DNA of 64,000 bases from assembly GCF_964204865.1 (NCBI RefSeq), contig NC_135254.1, positions 10,788,001 through 10,852,000 of the forward strand, read 5' to 3'. Source of the DNA: Styela clava (lineage: Eukaryota). The notes beneath the pieces were generated by a model. It was not told the origin of the DNA. It worked only from the letters and a program-made list of their open reading frames with translations, and searched no databases. The position numbers and the translations under genes are program-made. How positions within the stretch are numbered: the stretch's first letter is position 1; the number at the start of each line of letters is the position of its first letter. Below are positions 24,495 through 38,900 of this stretch, piece by piece.

Positions 24495-25985
24495 TTCCGC
24501 GGCTAATTATCCAACATTTCCAACTTACCCATTAACATTTTAATTTGAATGTAAAAATTAAAATAAAACAAGGATGATATCTATTTGCGAGCTGAAAACG
24601 TTGTAAACTTCTTCGTCACAAAAATGAGAATATTCAAAAAAGTGTTTGCGTAAGAACCAGTATGGAAAACTAACGACATGAACTTTTCTTGACAATATTA
24701 AAACATCAAAAACTATGAACCGATTATATAGCACTACTAAATTTCTTTCAAAGCTAATAATGCAACAATATGCCATACTTAGGAATAAATGATTTGATTT
24801 CCCACAATAGCATTAAATATAGGTATTCAAAAATCTTCGATATTATTTTCAGTACACTGCGAATAATTATCAAATTTCTAGCCGTATTAATTTAAGTTTC
24901 AGAAGAGTAATGCAGATAAATCCTTAATTCGACTTGCCAGGATGAAATCATAAGCAATATGATCTGACATTTATTATTATACAATAATTGGGTCTAATAT
25001 GAGTAATGAAGTTAACATTTTTAGACATGTAAAAATAAAGTGTTTGTGGGGGAAGGAAAGAGTAAAACTTACTATCATGAGTGGGACGTTTCAGTAACCT
25101 TTCAGTTACAACGTTTTTTAAATGACAGCAAAGAGATGATTAATGACGAAATTTCCTTCAGACGACGATGCTTATCACAAAGCTAATTAGCATTATTATA
25201 GTATTCTCTAGTAACTTATGTTCTGTTATGCATTGAGAAAACCATACAAAAAAATAGTACATTTTAAAAAATGACAAAACTCGGATATCAAAATGTAAAA
25301 ATTACAACAGGGTTGGCCTAATGCTATTTAGTTGAGATTTGAACGAAACAATTAGTTTCTATTCTAAAAATAAATATATGTATTATATTTCAATGTGAAT
25401 TAAAAATAATATCGTCTAGTGCCATTTCACATGGTTTTCATAAATAAAAAGTGAGTTGCGAAAATAAAATTACAAAACTCCTAAATGCAAGTATATACAA
25501 GTGATATAGTGATCACTGACTCATAGATATATTAATGCGGTAATGTAATAAAAACGGATGTTTTCCTATATTTCATAAAAATGTCTTTTTATGCATTATA
25601 ATAAAACAGTTAAATTTGAGGTGAGATACAAGCGGGTCCTACTGGATTTAGAGGTAATGTCAAAGACATAATATATATAAGCAATGGCATTCTTGCGGTT
25701 TTGCTATCTTCGGGTACTAGGAATCAGAAATCGATTAGTTGGAGTTCAATTACGACGAAATAGCCTATGGGTTCATCACTACAGCATCGACAACAACAGT
25801 AATTTAGAAAAACGATTTATATGTCCATTTTGTGTTCACAATTTGCACGGGGCTCTATTGCATTCAAATACCCATCTTTTATTGTTACTTCAGATTTCAA
25901 GATTGGACACCGGGCTGTCATCATCTACATTCTACAACAACAAACGGCCCGTCAGGCGGTAATGTTACTTGAGCATAACGACCAA

Positions 25986-26897
25986 TTAGACGTCTTTTGT
26001 CACAATGACATATTCATCACCTTTTGGACCAATAACTGTCCTTTGTATTCTATTCTGCCTTCTGACTGCCGTGGTCTTATCAATTTCCTCGTATACATCC
26101 TGTTCACATGATTTAAAACTTGGATTGACCGGTGTTGCAACTTTTATGTAGTCATCTTCAAGACTCCCTTCTTTAGCTAGAGATGGACGGATAAAACATT
26201 TTTGGGGATGTATTTATTTGTTTTTGAATAACGTTTAATTTTAACATTGTAATTATTTTCATCATCGTTGTAATATTGAGTGTCAAATTGGGACAATTTC
26301 TCGAGTGCAGAATACATGTTTTGAAGAGAATCGACTTACATATATCACGTACCTTGGACAGAAGTAAATTCATAAAGGTTCGTGCTTTGAGTTGTTTTTG
26401 TTGATCGGGTTGGTATAATATATGTCGATGCCGTTGAAAAGATTTTGTCTACCGTAGTCTGAGAACTGGTTTTATCCGATGTCGATATTGCCTCTAGAGT
26501 TGTCTGCTGGACTGATTGGTTGACGAAGTGCAAAGCAAAGACAGTCGCCTTATCATAAACTGTTGGGGCGATGTTGTCAGCGTTTGCAGGTGATGTTGTC
26601 GATTCGTCCAACCCGAAACCAGATGAGCCCAGAACAGCTATTTAAAAAATCACAATAACTAAGCTTCAACATTTATGATACTTGAGTCATTCAGAGTAAT
26701 TTTTTATAAAAACACGAAAACCCTGATACATTTTTATTATTTATTTCACATCTTCGATTCTAGAAAGTAAAGTTTTGGTGCTATCTAAATCTATATTATG
26801 CAAATTTTTTAATTTATATTGCAACAGTATTGCAAAACTCTTACTTGTAAATTCCCTGACACAGAAGATCGATCCAGTAAAAGAAGAAGAATCGCAT
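25986..26897 (-). pseudogene. C': internally deleted pseudogene of receptor C (exon 1 26897-26845 frameshifted, exon 2 26637-26353, tail remnant 26189-25986)
   Basis: Exons 1-2 match 59561-60115. A 4-bp gatc duplication frameshifts exon 1. The CTLD and TM exons are missing, and intron 2 runs directly into a 67-codon Tyr-motif remnant (DDYIKV, DVYEEI, DEYVIV) ending in TAA. Confidence 0.8.
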
Positions 26898-27826
26898 TTC
26901 TACGTTTACGTCAACATATATATTAAAATCTCAATAATAACTTGAAATCCCTTTCATCTTGAACAGCCAATCAAAAAATTTGCGCACGTGTGCCCAGCTC
27001 AAATCGTTTTATCCTGCCTCCTACAAACCCTATCCAATCGTCTTATTTATTTCACAGACCTACAAAATATTGCATGTTCTGTTACTTCCCTGTATTGCCC
27101 TATTTTAAAGATATAACTTTAATCCTCCTCAGCGATTAATGAACAGAATTTATGTATGCAAAATGGATATAATTTTTCAGTTTCATTAAGTTTAGACATC
27201 CCACTCGTTTACATTATTTGTTTTGACGTGTTTTATATACGTAGTTTCTACATCACCACGCTTTCCTATTCTTGCTAATATACGTACATGCATGCAGCTA
27301 TACGTAATGTTGTTTTGAGTCGATAAATTTTTAACAAGACATTTACACAATGTGAATTATATGAAAAAAAGATGGTGAAACTTTTAGAGATCTTACAGTA
27401 AGTTTATTATTGTTCACACTTGTTCTGTCATATGTAACTCCAAAGTAATTAATTGTGTTGGTGGACAAGAACCCTCTCCTAAATTTATTGTATGTTTTTC
27501 CACATATGTGACTTTTGGTTGAATACAACTATATAAAACTAAACTCAGTTACTTTGTAGCTCCATTCATAAATCGTGGTTGAGCTTAACAAATCTTGTAA
27601 CATAGCCCTGATTAGGCAACAAAATTTTGGACAAATAATGGCTGTGACCTCCAATTCAGGAAGTTTGATTAAAATTTATATGAATTTACAATGAAAGCTA
27701 TATATGTGAAGGTAAACTAGTAATATATATTTGCGAAATGCGTTTTAATTCAATGTTCGATTAAAATAAATAATTTAGTAAAATAAATAAGTTAGTAAAA
27801 AATTCTCTGACTAAGTTTATTGCATA

Positions 27827-28645
27827 TCGTCACGCTAACAACCGAATTGCGTAAGTCATTTTTGGCGATTTTGAGTTTGTTATAAAATAGGTATTTCTTT
27901 AATGCTGCGCACCTGTCTGTTCACTCAGATTTTACTTTAGGAATTCCGAAACCCATGAGAATGGAGATTTAGTATGACATGTATATTTGTGCAATTGTTT
28001 CGTCATAATGAATTATCATTGTTACCGCAGGACTATTGTGACGTCACAAAGGCAAAATATCCTCTGCTAAGTATTTTTGAGTTTTTGCATCTCGGATTCT
28101 ACATAGCGCGTATTAATTTGAATTTATACTACAGTATAGGAAGACGTGCACTTGTGATATTCACTGTCCGAGTCCAATTCACCTTGGTTGGCTTTTATAT
28201 TGGGTGCATTGCTGTTTTATTCTTTATATTTAATCTTAGTCTTATTTGGGTGTGCAGAACGTGTTATATTGATAAAATATATATTTTTAAACATGAAAAA
28301 TAATGTAATTGAAACTGATTAGCTATTTTGGGAATTAGACATTGTAGATACTCAGAATTACATTCGATTTTGGAATGTTTAGTTTTCAGGACTGGTGCAT
28401 ATAGTATACTTGCAAAATTGCGTATGTCCCCAAGTCATAGACACATTTCTGCCTAAGTCACAGTGCGCCATTATGACGCCACTTAAATGCGTGATACAAA
28501 TTACCTCAAATCCGGCTACGATCAAAAAATTGAACCCTGCCAAATTATTGACTCTAAATGGCATAACAATATCATTAGGAAGTTTTTTACGTTTTTCTCA
28601 AAACTGATAAAAATGACTTACGCAATTCGGTTATTATCGTGACGA
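27827..28645. mobile_element. Tc1/mariner-type MITE, second copy
   Basis: Same TIRs and body as 20921-21726; the paralogous site near 58505 is empty. Confidence 0.85.
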
Positions 28646-29587
28646 AATGTATATTTGAATAAATGTCAAATTCTAACACGATTGTCAGCTCTACCACTAG
28701 ATGAAATTTGGTTTTGCATATTTCTTACCTTTATTGCGAGATTTAATAGACGAAACGGAAAAGCTAGATTTGATAAAAAATACCCATCGATTAAATTAAA
28801 TTGGCAGTGTAAATTTTTATATCTTGGAATGAAACATTGTTACCAAGTCGGAAAATGCAATGCTATGCATGATTAAAAAGTATGGATTCAGCTTTATTTA
28901 TGGAATCTTATGAATCGTTTTCTTTTTCTGTTTTATCAGTGTTTATAGTATACGGCAGAACAGCGTAACATATTCGAAAACTAAAAAATAGTCAAAATGT
29001 AAAAATAACTTGAAAAACCCTTCCAGATAACCAGACAAATTACTATTGTTCCCAATACATGTTTATATCGTGGCATCAAAGTAGATATAGTTTGGTAAAG
29101 ATTTAAACAACGACGGCGTTTTGTCGATTAACCGATCCGGGTCCGATCTCTGTGAATAGTTAACCAAGTAATTGTTCCAAATGCACAACGTGAAAGCAAC
29201 ACGATACTTTCCATTGGATTTAGATCGACATTCTGCTTTACTGCTTGTTTGTTTCATTGAAAAAGAATATCGTGACTATTTCCGAAAGTTTTGTTCACAC
29301 CTTCAATGAAAATAACGCTTTGGTAAAGCAGTTTGAATTGAATTGTTCAAATTTATATTTATTTCACAAAATCAATTTAAGTATATTCATCGTGAATTTA
29401 ACTTATATATTAGTACTATGTTGACCTTTTTGTCAGTTTTCTTTTGTAAATTGTCGACGATGGGGCGAAGTTGTTGAACCTTCATCATTCAATCAATTTA
29501 AAACAAGCTTCAAAATTACTATCGTAAAGTTAATTGGGATTAGAAAATATATTTTCAAAAACAAAGCAGGAGCAGTTTATAATCAAC

Positions 29588-29804
29588 CCGGGGCGCTCCA
29601 GAGGTGTGTGTACCAATATGGGAGTAGCTAATTTTGTTCGCCTACTTTACATCAAATTATGTGAAGGTACTGAAACCTTTTGGCAGAGGGCTTGTTCACT
29701 TGGCTAACACAGACAGTCCCAATCTCGTAATAGAACTAAAATAGGGGGAATCGGAATAAAACTATGGCCTAACTCTAACCCGGTACAGACACTACGGAAG
29801 TAGC
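29588..29804. mobile_element. Short insertion with subterminal inverted repeats (probable MITE)
   Basis: Absent from the paralogous B2 3' region (~57420); imperfect inverted pair ccagaggtgtgtgtacc / ggtacagacactacgg. Confidence 0.5.
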
Positions 29805-29971
29805 CAACCAGATGTATAACATATTAGATAATCAACAGTTACTTCCAGAAGCAACATGGCTCGAAGTTAGAAAAGCATTAGTAGGATTATTCATCAGTCT
29901 GAACCTGTTTTTCTGCTACTAATCCAATAAATATGTGATTTTGATTATAGCTTAATTTAACTTTCCCATCC

Positions 29972-32900
29972 TTATTTAATATTGTCAATATTTGCATATG
30001 GGTCATCGTTTACTTCAATGTAAGTCCCTTCAGCACCTCCCGTGACATCGGAATTCTGATCAGTTTCAGGTTTATTGACCGTTGCAAAAGTTACTTCATT
30101 GAAGTTTGAAGAATCTTTTTTTGGGGGTTTCTGTACAACAGCAAGAGTCACTTTATTGTCGTCTCCATCTGAAGAAGTTTCCTGTTTCACGGGGACTTTC
30201 GATTTGGTATCCTGCACGGTAGCGTAAGTCGGACCAGACACTAGTTTTTCATCAAATGAATTTTCTGATTGCGACATTTTTTTAGAATCTTCAACGTTGT
30301 GTTTTTGAACTGTTGCGTAAACCACAGGGGAGTTTTCGTCAGGGTAACCGGAAACAATAATTTTTTCGCTCTTTTTTTGCTTCTTAACGACAGCGTATTG
30401 AGTTTCTGATACATCTGTCGCATCCGAATCTTTTGAGTATTTGAATAACTTTTTCGATTTTGTTTTGTTTACAGCAGTATATATAGCATTGTTGTTGCCT
30501 TCTGTGGTCACATCGTTTATCTGATTCTGATGGTTATCAGCAATGGCGCAGAGGGAATCTGGCCCGTTTGATGAGTCAACTTGAACTTCGGGTAAGAGAG
30601 AATTATTGTCTGCGTGTCCATCATGGGTTACAAACGTTTGATAACGAAGAGTTTCCGTACTTTGAGAATTGTCTCGACCTGATTCCACATCTCCGGGATC
30701 TGTAGCAGTAAAACGTGTTAGTTATATATATTAATATGAAGCACCTGTTTTGACACACTTGAAGCATTTTCGTTTGGAGGGGATGTAAAATAGGTCGGAA
30801 CCATTCAGAATAACTGACTACAGATTTGAACACGGACTCATAACCTATTACCTACTCGAGTTACTTATATTAATATATTCACCAAAACTGAATGCATGAT
30901 AAAGTTCATAAAAAACAACAATTCTGAATTTTTACGTGGAAGATTCTATTTAATATCAGTTGAGATCGTTGCAACAGGTTGTGATTTAGGTGATAATACA
31001 TAGAAATGAGTATTTCCTCTTATTTGTCATACAATTACTAGCATTTGGTAGACAGTAAAGTATAGGAATTCATCAACCCAGATACAAAACGTTGACGTAA
31101 TACTTTAAATGAAGTTACATTAACTTACGCTCTGACATTATATCTCTCGGATTAAGTTGATCTTCCATTTCTAACCCTTCATTGTAATTGCCGCGCTCTC
31201 CTGTGTTTATGATTCCGTGTCCTCTTCTGAAAGCAAAACTTCAGATTATATACATTCTCTGTGAAATGAGTGAACCCTTAGAAGAATATTTGATATTTGT
31301 TCACTATTCATAAGAGATGTAATGTCATAATGTTGGATATATTACCTCTTTTTGAGTTGCTTTGAAAGTATAAAAACAACGATAAGTGCTAAAAGAAGAA
31401 ACCCTCCGATAGTTCCCGCGACTGGTCCAATGATTGATGTTTGTGCAGCGGGTGTAGATGGACAAAGAATACCAATCGTTGAAATGTCAGAAATTTCTGT
31501 GTAAGATAATATAAGAATTGATATCTGTATAATATAAATGATCAGAAATCTAGTTTAATACATTATGTTCATTTAGACAAGCTAACACATTTACGCGAGC
31601 TGAAATTGAATTTAAAATATTTTGCAACGCTCACATTTGAAAATTAATCGTACGAAAGTTAATTGACTGCTCCATCCTGATGTTATATATTCTAATTGGT
31701 CTTTTGATCGATGAACAAATCTTGGCCACGTTCTCACGTGCATTTTAATAAATCACTCAATTGTAGAAAAGGTGAAACTGATTGTATCAACTTATGATTT
31801 GTTATGGCAAACTATTTCTAATGCTGTTATAATCATACCACGTTACGTTTGTTGGTATTTTTTGAGTTTGGTTTAAGGCGGATTTTGCCAATATTAACTC
31901 TGATCAAATATAGATGGTTGCTTATATGCAGCTAATAGTATAAGATCATGCCCGAAAATCATAAATTGCTGTTATTTTGCGCGTTGCGTGTTGATTGTTA
32001 CTAGATTCTGGATTTATAGTGACTGTAGAATTCTGCTCAAAGCATGTAGTGTCGGCAGTAGACGTAGAATCAGTGTTTGTGGGAGTAGAATCAGATTGAG
32101 TAATTCTTCCGGTCGTTGTTTCCATTACCGTTGTTGCTACAGACAAAATGGGCGATGTGACTTCAAAACTACTTCCTTCGCTTGTTTCGTACGTTGATTG
32201 TATAATTGTACTTGTAGGGATAGTGGTTTCCAATTAGCTACTTGGTATTTCTGCGCTACCGAAAGTTGTCATTTCATTTGCCATCGTCGTCCTCCTCTCA
32301 TTTGTCTGTGTGAGAGACATGGTTGAAGGCCCTGTAATCATCGTGCTTTCCGTATTAAAAACGTGGCTATTCGGTGATCTGGACAGTTGAATGGGCAAAA
32401 ATTTATGCCCGTTCCTTCTGTGCTATTAATTTTAAATTAAGATGTGAATTAAAAAGTCACTGTCGTCATTTGGTCTTGTTCCGCACCTGCAAATGAAGAA
32501 GAAATGCCTTGCAAGTTAAAGGTTGCGTTTGCCACCACATACACACCGGCGGTCATGGTAGTCATTACGTCGATGGGTTCTTCGTTTCTGGACGAGGTGG
32601 TTAACTCACCAGTTGTGGTTAATGGAGATGTTTTTTCCGCAACAATTGTCGTATAACAAGTTGGGTCTTTTGTACAATTTCCAGTCTGTTAAAAATATTA
32701 AATCAAACTAAGGGAAAATTGAAATTGATCACTATTATTACAATTCCCAAACATGACTTTTAAATTGCAAAAGTTTCTGTAACATACCCGGAAAGCATTA
32801 ATATTTTCAATATACAAAGGCTATGATATAGTATCCCTCTGATTGTTCCACCGCCAAAACAATTTAATCATACCGTGAAAATAAGTTCTACGATATACGC

Positions 32901-35900
32901 TATAATATTTTGAGGTTCAAGATCATCTCTAACATGCTAAAGTAGAATATTCCGAATGGAGAATGCCATCACTTTATAACGTGGTTACTCGAGAATGGAA
33001 AACTATCATTTATTATAGCTGTGTATACATTTGACATTGAGTTTAAGCTACACTGCAGTACAAAACTGCAGATAAAATAAACAACCACGACGACAAGAAA
33101 ATAATAAAATGTACATACTAAATATTTAGCTAATTCATACCTCATTGCGACTGCCAGCACAGGCATCGGGCCCTGTTCGCGGAGAATTAATGCATGTGCG
33201 ATTTCTCAATTTGATTATGGTTGAGCAGTTACATTCACTCCAAGAAGACCAGGTTCCCCAGTATTTATCTAGATTGGAACAGTTCGTTTTTATCAATGCG
33301 ATCAGCTAGATCAGGGGTCACCAACGCGTTGCCCGCGGGCATCAAGTCGCCCGCGAAGATCATACAAGTTGCCCGCAGGCATGTTCCAAACTAAGCTTAA
33401 TAACGGCGCTTATAAGTGAGCTACATCATCTAAATGTTGTCCTGCTATTCTTGTATAAATCACACTTATATGGAACTGAGAATGACACTATATTATTTAT
33501 TGTAACCATCAATCTGATTTTTATTTGACCTCAGTAATGTGACGCGTCAATTAACACTTTTCCAATTATGACATCACACTGATATCACTTTCCACGAACC
33601 CGCGCTTTTTCTTGTCCGCTAGTTTGTGGAGCAGCAGTAATACAATTATAGATTCCAAAGAAAAATGGCAAAAAACGATGAAAAACCCACCATTTTCACG
33701 ATGAATGGGAGGTGGATATATTTTTACCACCATAAAACAGACTGCGTGTGTCTCATTTGTGGGGCGATTGTAGCGACAGTAAAGCGAAGAGATATTTCAC
33801 ATCTTGTCACGCAATCTACCACGCTTACTATCCACTGGTCAGCACTGTACGGGCAGCTCGCGATTCAAATCATACAGCAATTCTATTTTACGAGACCATT
33901 GTTTGGTTCAACCTATCTTTGCGAATCAACATTTTCGACATAAACTCAGGATAGGATTTACATATTTATCCCAGGGGAGAAGATAGCCGATATGACGACT
34001 TAACCATATGACGAACCACGGCCTCTCGTCCGGTTACCATTCCATGTCGGGTATGAGATTAGTTAGTTATTTGCTTTTGAAAGCATGGACTTGATGGCGA
34101 AGGAAGCGGTTACGTGAAGCACCCAATGGCGGCGAGGCGTCCAGCAATCCTCTCGCACTTAACTATCCCCGCATGTGATTCTAACCTGCGAACCTAGCGC
34201 TTAGCACGATGGGCCACACCGCCGCGACTCACTCCACCAAGAACAAACACTGAACACGCCTCACTAATGAAAATGTACAAGACTTGCTCAGAGTTACAGT
34301 GTCAAGCACACGTCGAGGTTTTGAATGCAAGTGTCATTGATAGAAATTAATTTGCTACGTTGTGATAATCGTTTGACTTTCTGAAGGATCCACTAATGCA
34401 GGGGTCTCAAACTCGCGGCCCGCGGGCCAATTGCAGCCGTCGGTTAGCTTGTTGACTGTTAACTATTGACTTTGTTAAAGACAAACAAAGGCAAAAGGTC
34501 AACCGTTATTCCTCCATCTCTACCTGGTTTTACTTTGAAATGCTGAAAGTTTTTTGCGCATTTGCAACTCGCCACGGCGAAACCATTGGGAACCGCTATA
34601 TTGCACCGTTTTTCTATATCAATTTGACAATTTCACCCTTTCATTTTTTGGTGTTCCGCGAGGAGATATAAAAAGTGTAAGTGTTGCGTGGCCGAAAATG
34701 GGAAACTCTCACGTAGTGCAAAACAAAATATTTTATTATCTATTTCCTGAAAGAAATATGCGGTGCGGTAACCTACCAGTACCATACCTGTAGGCCTGCG
34801 CCTGATATTCGATCGCGGGACCGCCTGAAATAATTCAAAAACAATGTTCCATGATTTTTGACGTCACAATCACTAACGCTTAGATTTATCTTGATACATT
34901 GTAACCATGTTTCCCATGTGGCGAAACATCACTGTCCATCGGCTAAATGCTTGATTGAAACATCAGCGCAACAGTTATTACAAAATGGAATTTTATAATT
35001 TCGCACATCCCTAAACGTGTCGTTGGAAGTGAAGTTTCAGTAAACAGAAAGGTTGGTGATGAGCACAGACAATTTCAAAAAACTGGGAAATGCAATATTT
35101 CTTTGTTGAGCATAGGAGCATCCCGACATGTTTTATCTGCACAGTTAAAGATGCAGTGCACACGGAATACAATTTAAACGAATTGCTAAGCTTTTATTGT
35201 GGAAAACCAGATGCAACCCGGACTCATCCAGACTCTGCCCTAGCGGCCCCCAAGTAAATTGAGTTTGAGACCTCTGCGACTAATCCTATCAGTGTCTCTA
35301 CTTGACTAAATACCAGTAATTATCAATAATTGAAGTTTAATTCAGCAAACTGGCTTTTTTGGAATAGTACATTGAACTGGAAGCCCGCAGCTTAATCTGT
35401 ACCCAGAAAGTAGCCCTCGGCCTCGAAAAGGTTGGTGACCCCTGAGCTAGATAGTAATATATAGATATATAAAAGTGGTGGTTCAGCAAAGTTCTAACTT
35501 TCTAACTAACTTTTTTGCAAAATGTTCTCGAATCTTCATAAGATCTTGAACAACCACCCGTTGAAACATAGTATTCATAACTTCCATTAGGAAACAGATT
35601 CCTCAATCTGTTTCACAAATGAAATATCAAATAATAGAATAAAGACAGTATCTCGAAAAATGCGCAGTAAAAATGCGTGAGCTAGTGAAAACATTTGAAA
35701 AATAATTACAAAAAATACGTTGACTTTGGCGTGACTTATATGGGAGCGAATAACAGAGCCCATTGTTCATATTGTATCTCTTTTTCCCGACGATTGCAAT
35801 AAGTGTCCAGTTTGATGGGAAATGAAGACGTAACAATCTAACTTTAAAATGGGTTTTTCATTCTCACCTTGTGGAGCCGGAGCCGTGGTCAATAACGGCA

Positions 35901-38900
35901 TAGTTGCATTGCAGGAAGCGGATGGCGTGCATATCTAAAAACAACGCTCAATTTGTTCAATCGTGCATGTAGGTGTTTTAACCAAACTAAATGTAAATCA
36001 AAAATTTAATATTTAATGTAGGATGATCAAAATATGATTTTTCTCTGGCAATGAAATCTGAATTAGTTGGGTCCGCACTGAAGGGTTCGCAAGTCACATT
36101 CAAAATTGTATTATGGTAATATTTCATTACGTCAATCAATCTGTTCGAATTAATAACGAAATACGACTAAACTGACTTGAATAAATTTACCTGGGTGGCA
36201 ATGCTAGGTGTAGCTATTATTGTAGTCAAGGAAGTTAGGGACAAAAATCTACAAAACGGTTGCTTCACAACGAAATTGAGTCTCAACATGATTATGTACG
36301 GGATTTTTTTTTTATTTCATTGGGAAGTTAGTTTTCGAACAACACACTAATCGACATGCTAGAACCCTATAAAATTCCAAACTTAAATGTAATAGTTATC
36401 AATACAGCCAGGTAATAAGCAAGCATTTTGAACGGAAACACAATCATAATGAGTTATATACAGTGGTGGGATTCAGCCGGTTCGCACCAGTTCTATAGAA
36501 CCGTCTCACGGAATTTTATGGGATCAGCGAACCGGTTAGCATTACTGGCTACTGTCAATGTTTTATTTGTAACAGAACCGGCTGAAAAAGATGACTTTCG
36601 GAAGGAACCGGCTGTTACGGACTGCTAATAATCAAATTTCATCAAGTTGTTTCATGTAATCAAGTTGTTTACATTTTTAGATTTTGTTTTTAGTTGTTTA
36701 GGGCTATTGCATTCAGAATAGTTATATGTTTATGATGGAATAGGAATTATAGCTCCACTGAATATCCCTTATTGTTATTTATTTGCAGTTAAGTTATTTA
36801 TCTTAATTGTGATTTACGTTGTTCACTTTTGTAAATCCCCCGTTAGGGTACTCATTACCCGTTACGGTACTAGATAGTATACCCATTACCCCGGTTTGGA
36901 CGTTTCGTATTTGTTCTCAAGACGTTATCTACACCTGCAAGTTACCTATATGTTTACTGTCATTATTTCTGGATTTGCTGCTTGATGATTAACTTTCGAC
37001 ATTAACGGTGACCGTACATTTGAACCCACGTACATTTGAACCCATGTGTATATCCACTGGTTCAATCTATATGCTGGTGCTAAAACCCATGGGTTAGGGT
37101 TAGTATGGGTTCGGTTCCATTACATTTGAACCCACGTACATTTGAACCCATGGCAATTGCACCTGTATGCTATTGCACCCATAGAATTTTTTTTTGTTTT
37201 TCGGATAGTTAAACCCATACTAACCCTAACCCATGGGTTTTAGCACCCGCATATAGATTGAACCCGTGGATATACACATGGGTTCAAATGTACGTGGGTT
37301 CAAATGTACGGTCACCTATGGGTTCAACTATCCGTAAAACAAAAAAAAAATTCCTAGGTACAATAGCATACAGGTGCAATTGTCATGGGTTCAAATGTAC
37401 GTGGGTTCAAATGTAATGGAACCGACATTAACATTTGAAGTGCTGTGGAACCTTTTCAATATAAGTTTCAAAGCAATTCAGATTGTTTGACAGTGTGGAA
37501 CTGGGGAGGGATTTTGCAAGGTTCAACTAAGATCGTATCAAATTATTATTGTTTGCACCGAGCAAAAGGTTCGGAGTCTACAGTACTCTAAAGTCAAACG
37601 CTAGAACTCTAGTCCAAATATCCAACGCCGGCTGGCAAAATATTTGAATCCCACCACTGGTTATATATATATATGTAAAACAATTTTACTTCGAACTGTG
37701 ATGCCGTATCGTTGCAAGCGTATGAACCAATTCTTCCACTGTCAACACAAGTTCGGTTTCGCAGCTTCATTCCCGGGCATTCACAGCTTCCCCAAGACTC
37801 CCATGATCCCCAATTCCAGCCTGCAGAAACATGCAGAATAAAATAATAGTTATTTATTTTACAACCGAGTATTTCGAAGCAATATGATATCAGTAAGTTT
37901 AAATCAAGATGAACTGTAATATAATATGAGCGGTAGAAAAAATAGCTTAGCTGTGCAAAGTATAAATAGCGATGAGATGACATTAAGAAAATTTCAAAAC
38001 ATTATCAAAATCTTTCCTGCACTCATAGCTAATCAAAAAAAAGTTCTGTACTGAATATTTTAGATAAAATTTAGCTGACAGGTTTTTGGCGGTTTTATCG
38101 AAAACTGAGAATTCTTCTGACAGTAATTTAATGATATTGCGCAACTGTTTTCTTTAATAAACATAATTTATCCAGCTAAATTTAAAACATCTGACCCAGT
38201 TAACCCAATTTTCAATTTTTTGTAGGAGAATTTACTCAAAGAAAAGTCAGTCGCAATCACTCGAAAACTGTAAACTAGTGTCTGGTTAAAAGGCCGGCAG
38301 TCGCAGAGATGCCAAGTGCTACTGAAATCAAACGGTATTTTGATGGTGCAATAAGCAACAGCGAATACCTGATGATGTGATATTTGAGCACTTTAAATCA
38401 ATGCTATAATAAACTATGAGGCAGTAAACATGGCATGAGCAAAATTTACCAAAGTGGAGTCAATGTCATTAAAATATATAAATATTTATTTGTATAAAGA
38501 AATAGAAATTGCGTGGAAAATTTAGTATACATTTATTACAAATAAAGTTTTTTACCGATTACTCGTTGACAGACAAATCCAGTTGGCGAATTCGCAGTGC
38601 AATTGACGTCATACCACGGTAGATTTGCATAATACGTGTGCCACCACCCCATAGCAACACAAGGTTCAGGTTTATCACTAGAAGGTTCTCCTGAGTTCCA
38701 GTTAGTGTAAGTTAGTTCCGAATTGTCATTCCATATGAAGGTATCGTTTGTGCCAACTTCCTTTAATCCAATATAAAACCCATAGGGTTGTCCTGTAGAC
38801 AATAAGATGCTTTAGAGCAGAATTTCCCAAACTGGGCTCCCTTAGCTTAATTGAGCAGTAAAAAGCATTAATTACGTTTGTGTTGCTACATATATGAAAC

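Larger units (their letters stand above)
127..25390 (+). repeat. Direct segmental duplication of the VWA + A-receptor unit (~127-10380 versus ~13350-25390)
   Basis: Collinear exons, introns and intergenic DNA; differences are TE insertions and the TSP1a-CTLD2 module. Boundaries approximate. Confidence 0.85.
33312..35444 (+). mobile_element. Internally deleted hAT (Charlie/Buster group) transposon
   Basis: TIRs caggggtcaccaac / gttggtgacccctg; perfect TSD agctagat. Transposase remnants CVCLICGAIVATVK, LFGSTYLCESTFS and KNKH*TRLTNENVQDLLRV. Confidence 0.9.

Noticed and set aside
27343-27528. 61-aa ORF mirrored at 58937-59122
   Set aside because: TTG start, no splice or domain support; conservation is explained by the inverted duplication.
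34170-34225. tRNA gene
   Set aside because: Only degenerate A/B boxes followed by a SINE body; no cloverleaf.
37017-37410. Repeated tacatttgaaccca units and ttagggttag as a CRISPR array or telomere
   Set aside because: Fully explained by the subterminal repeats of a self-nested MITE; eukaryotic context, no unique spacers and no TTAGGG array.
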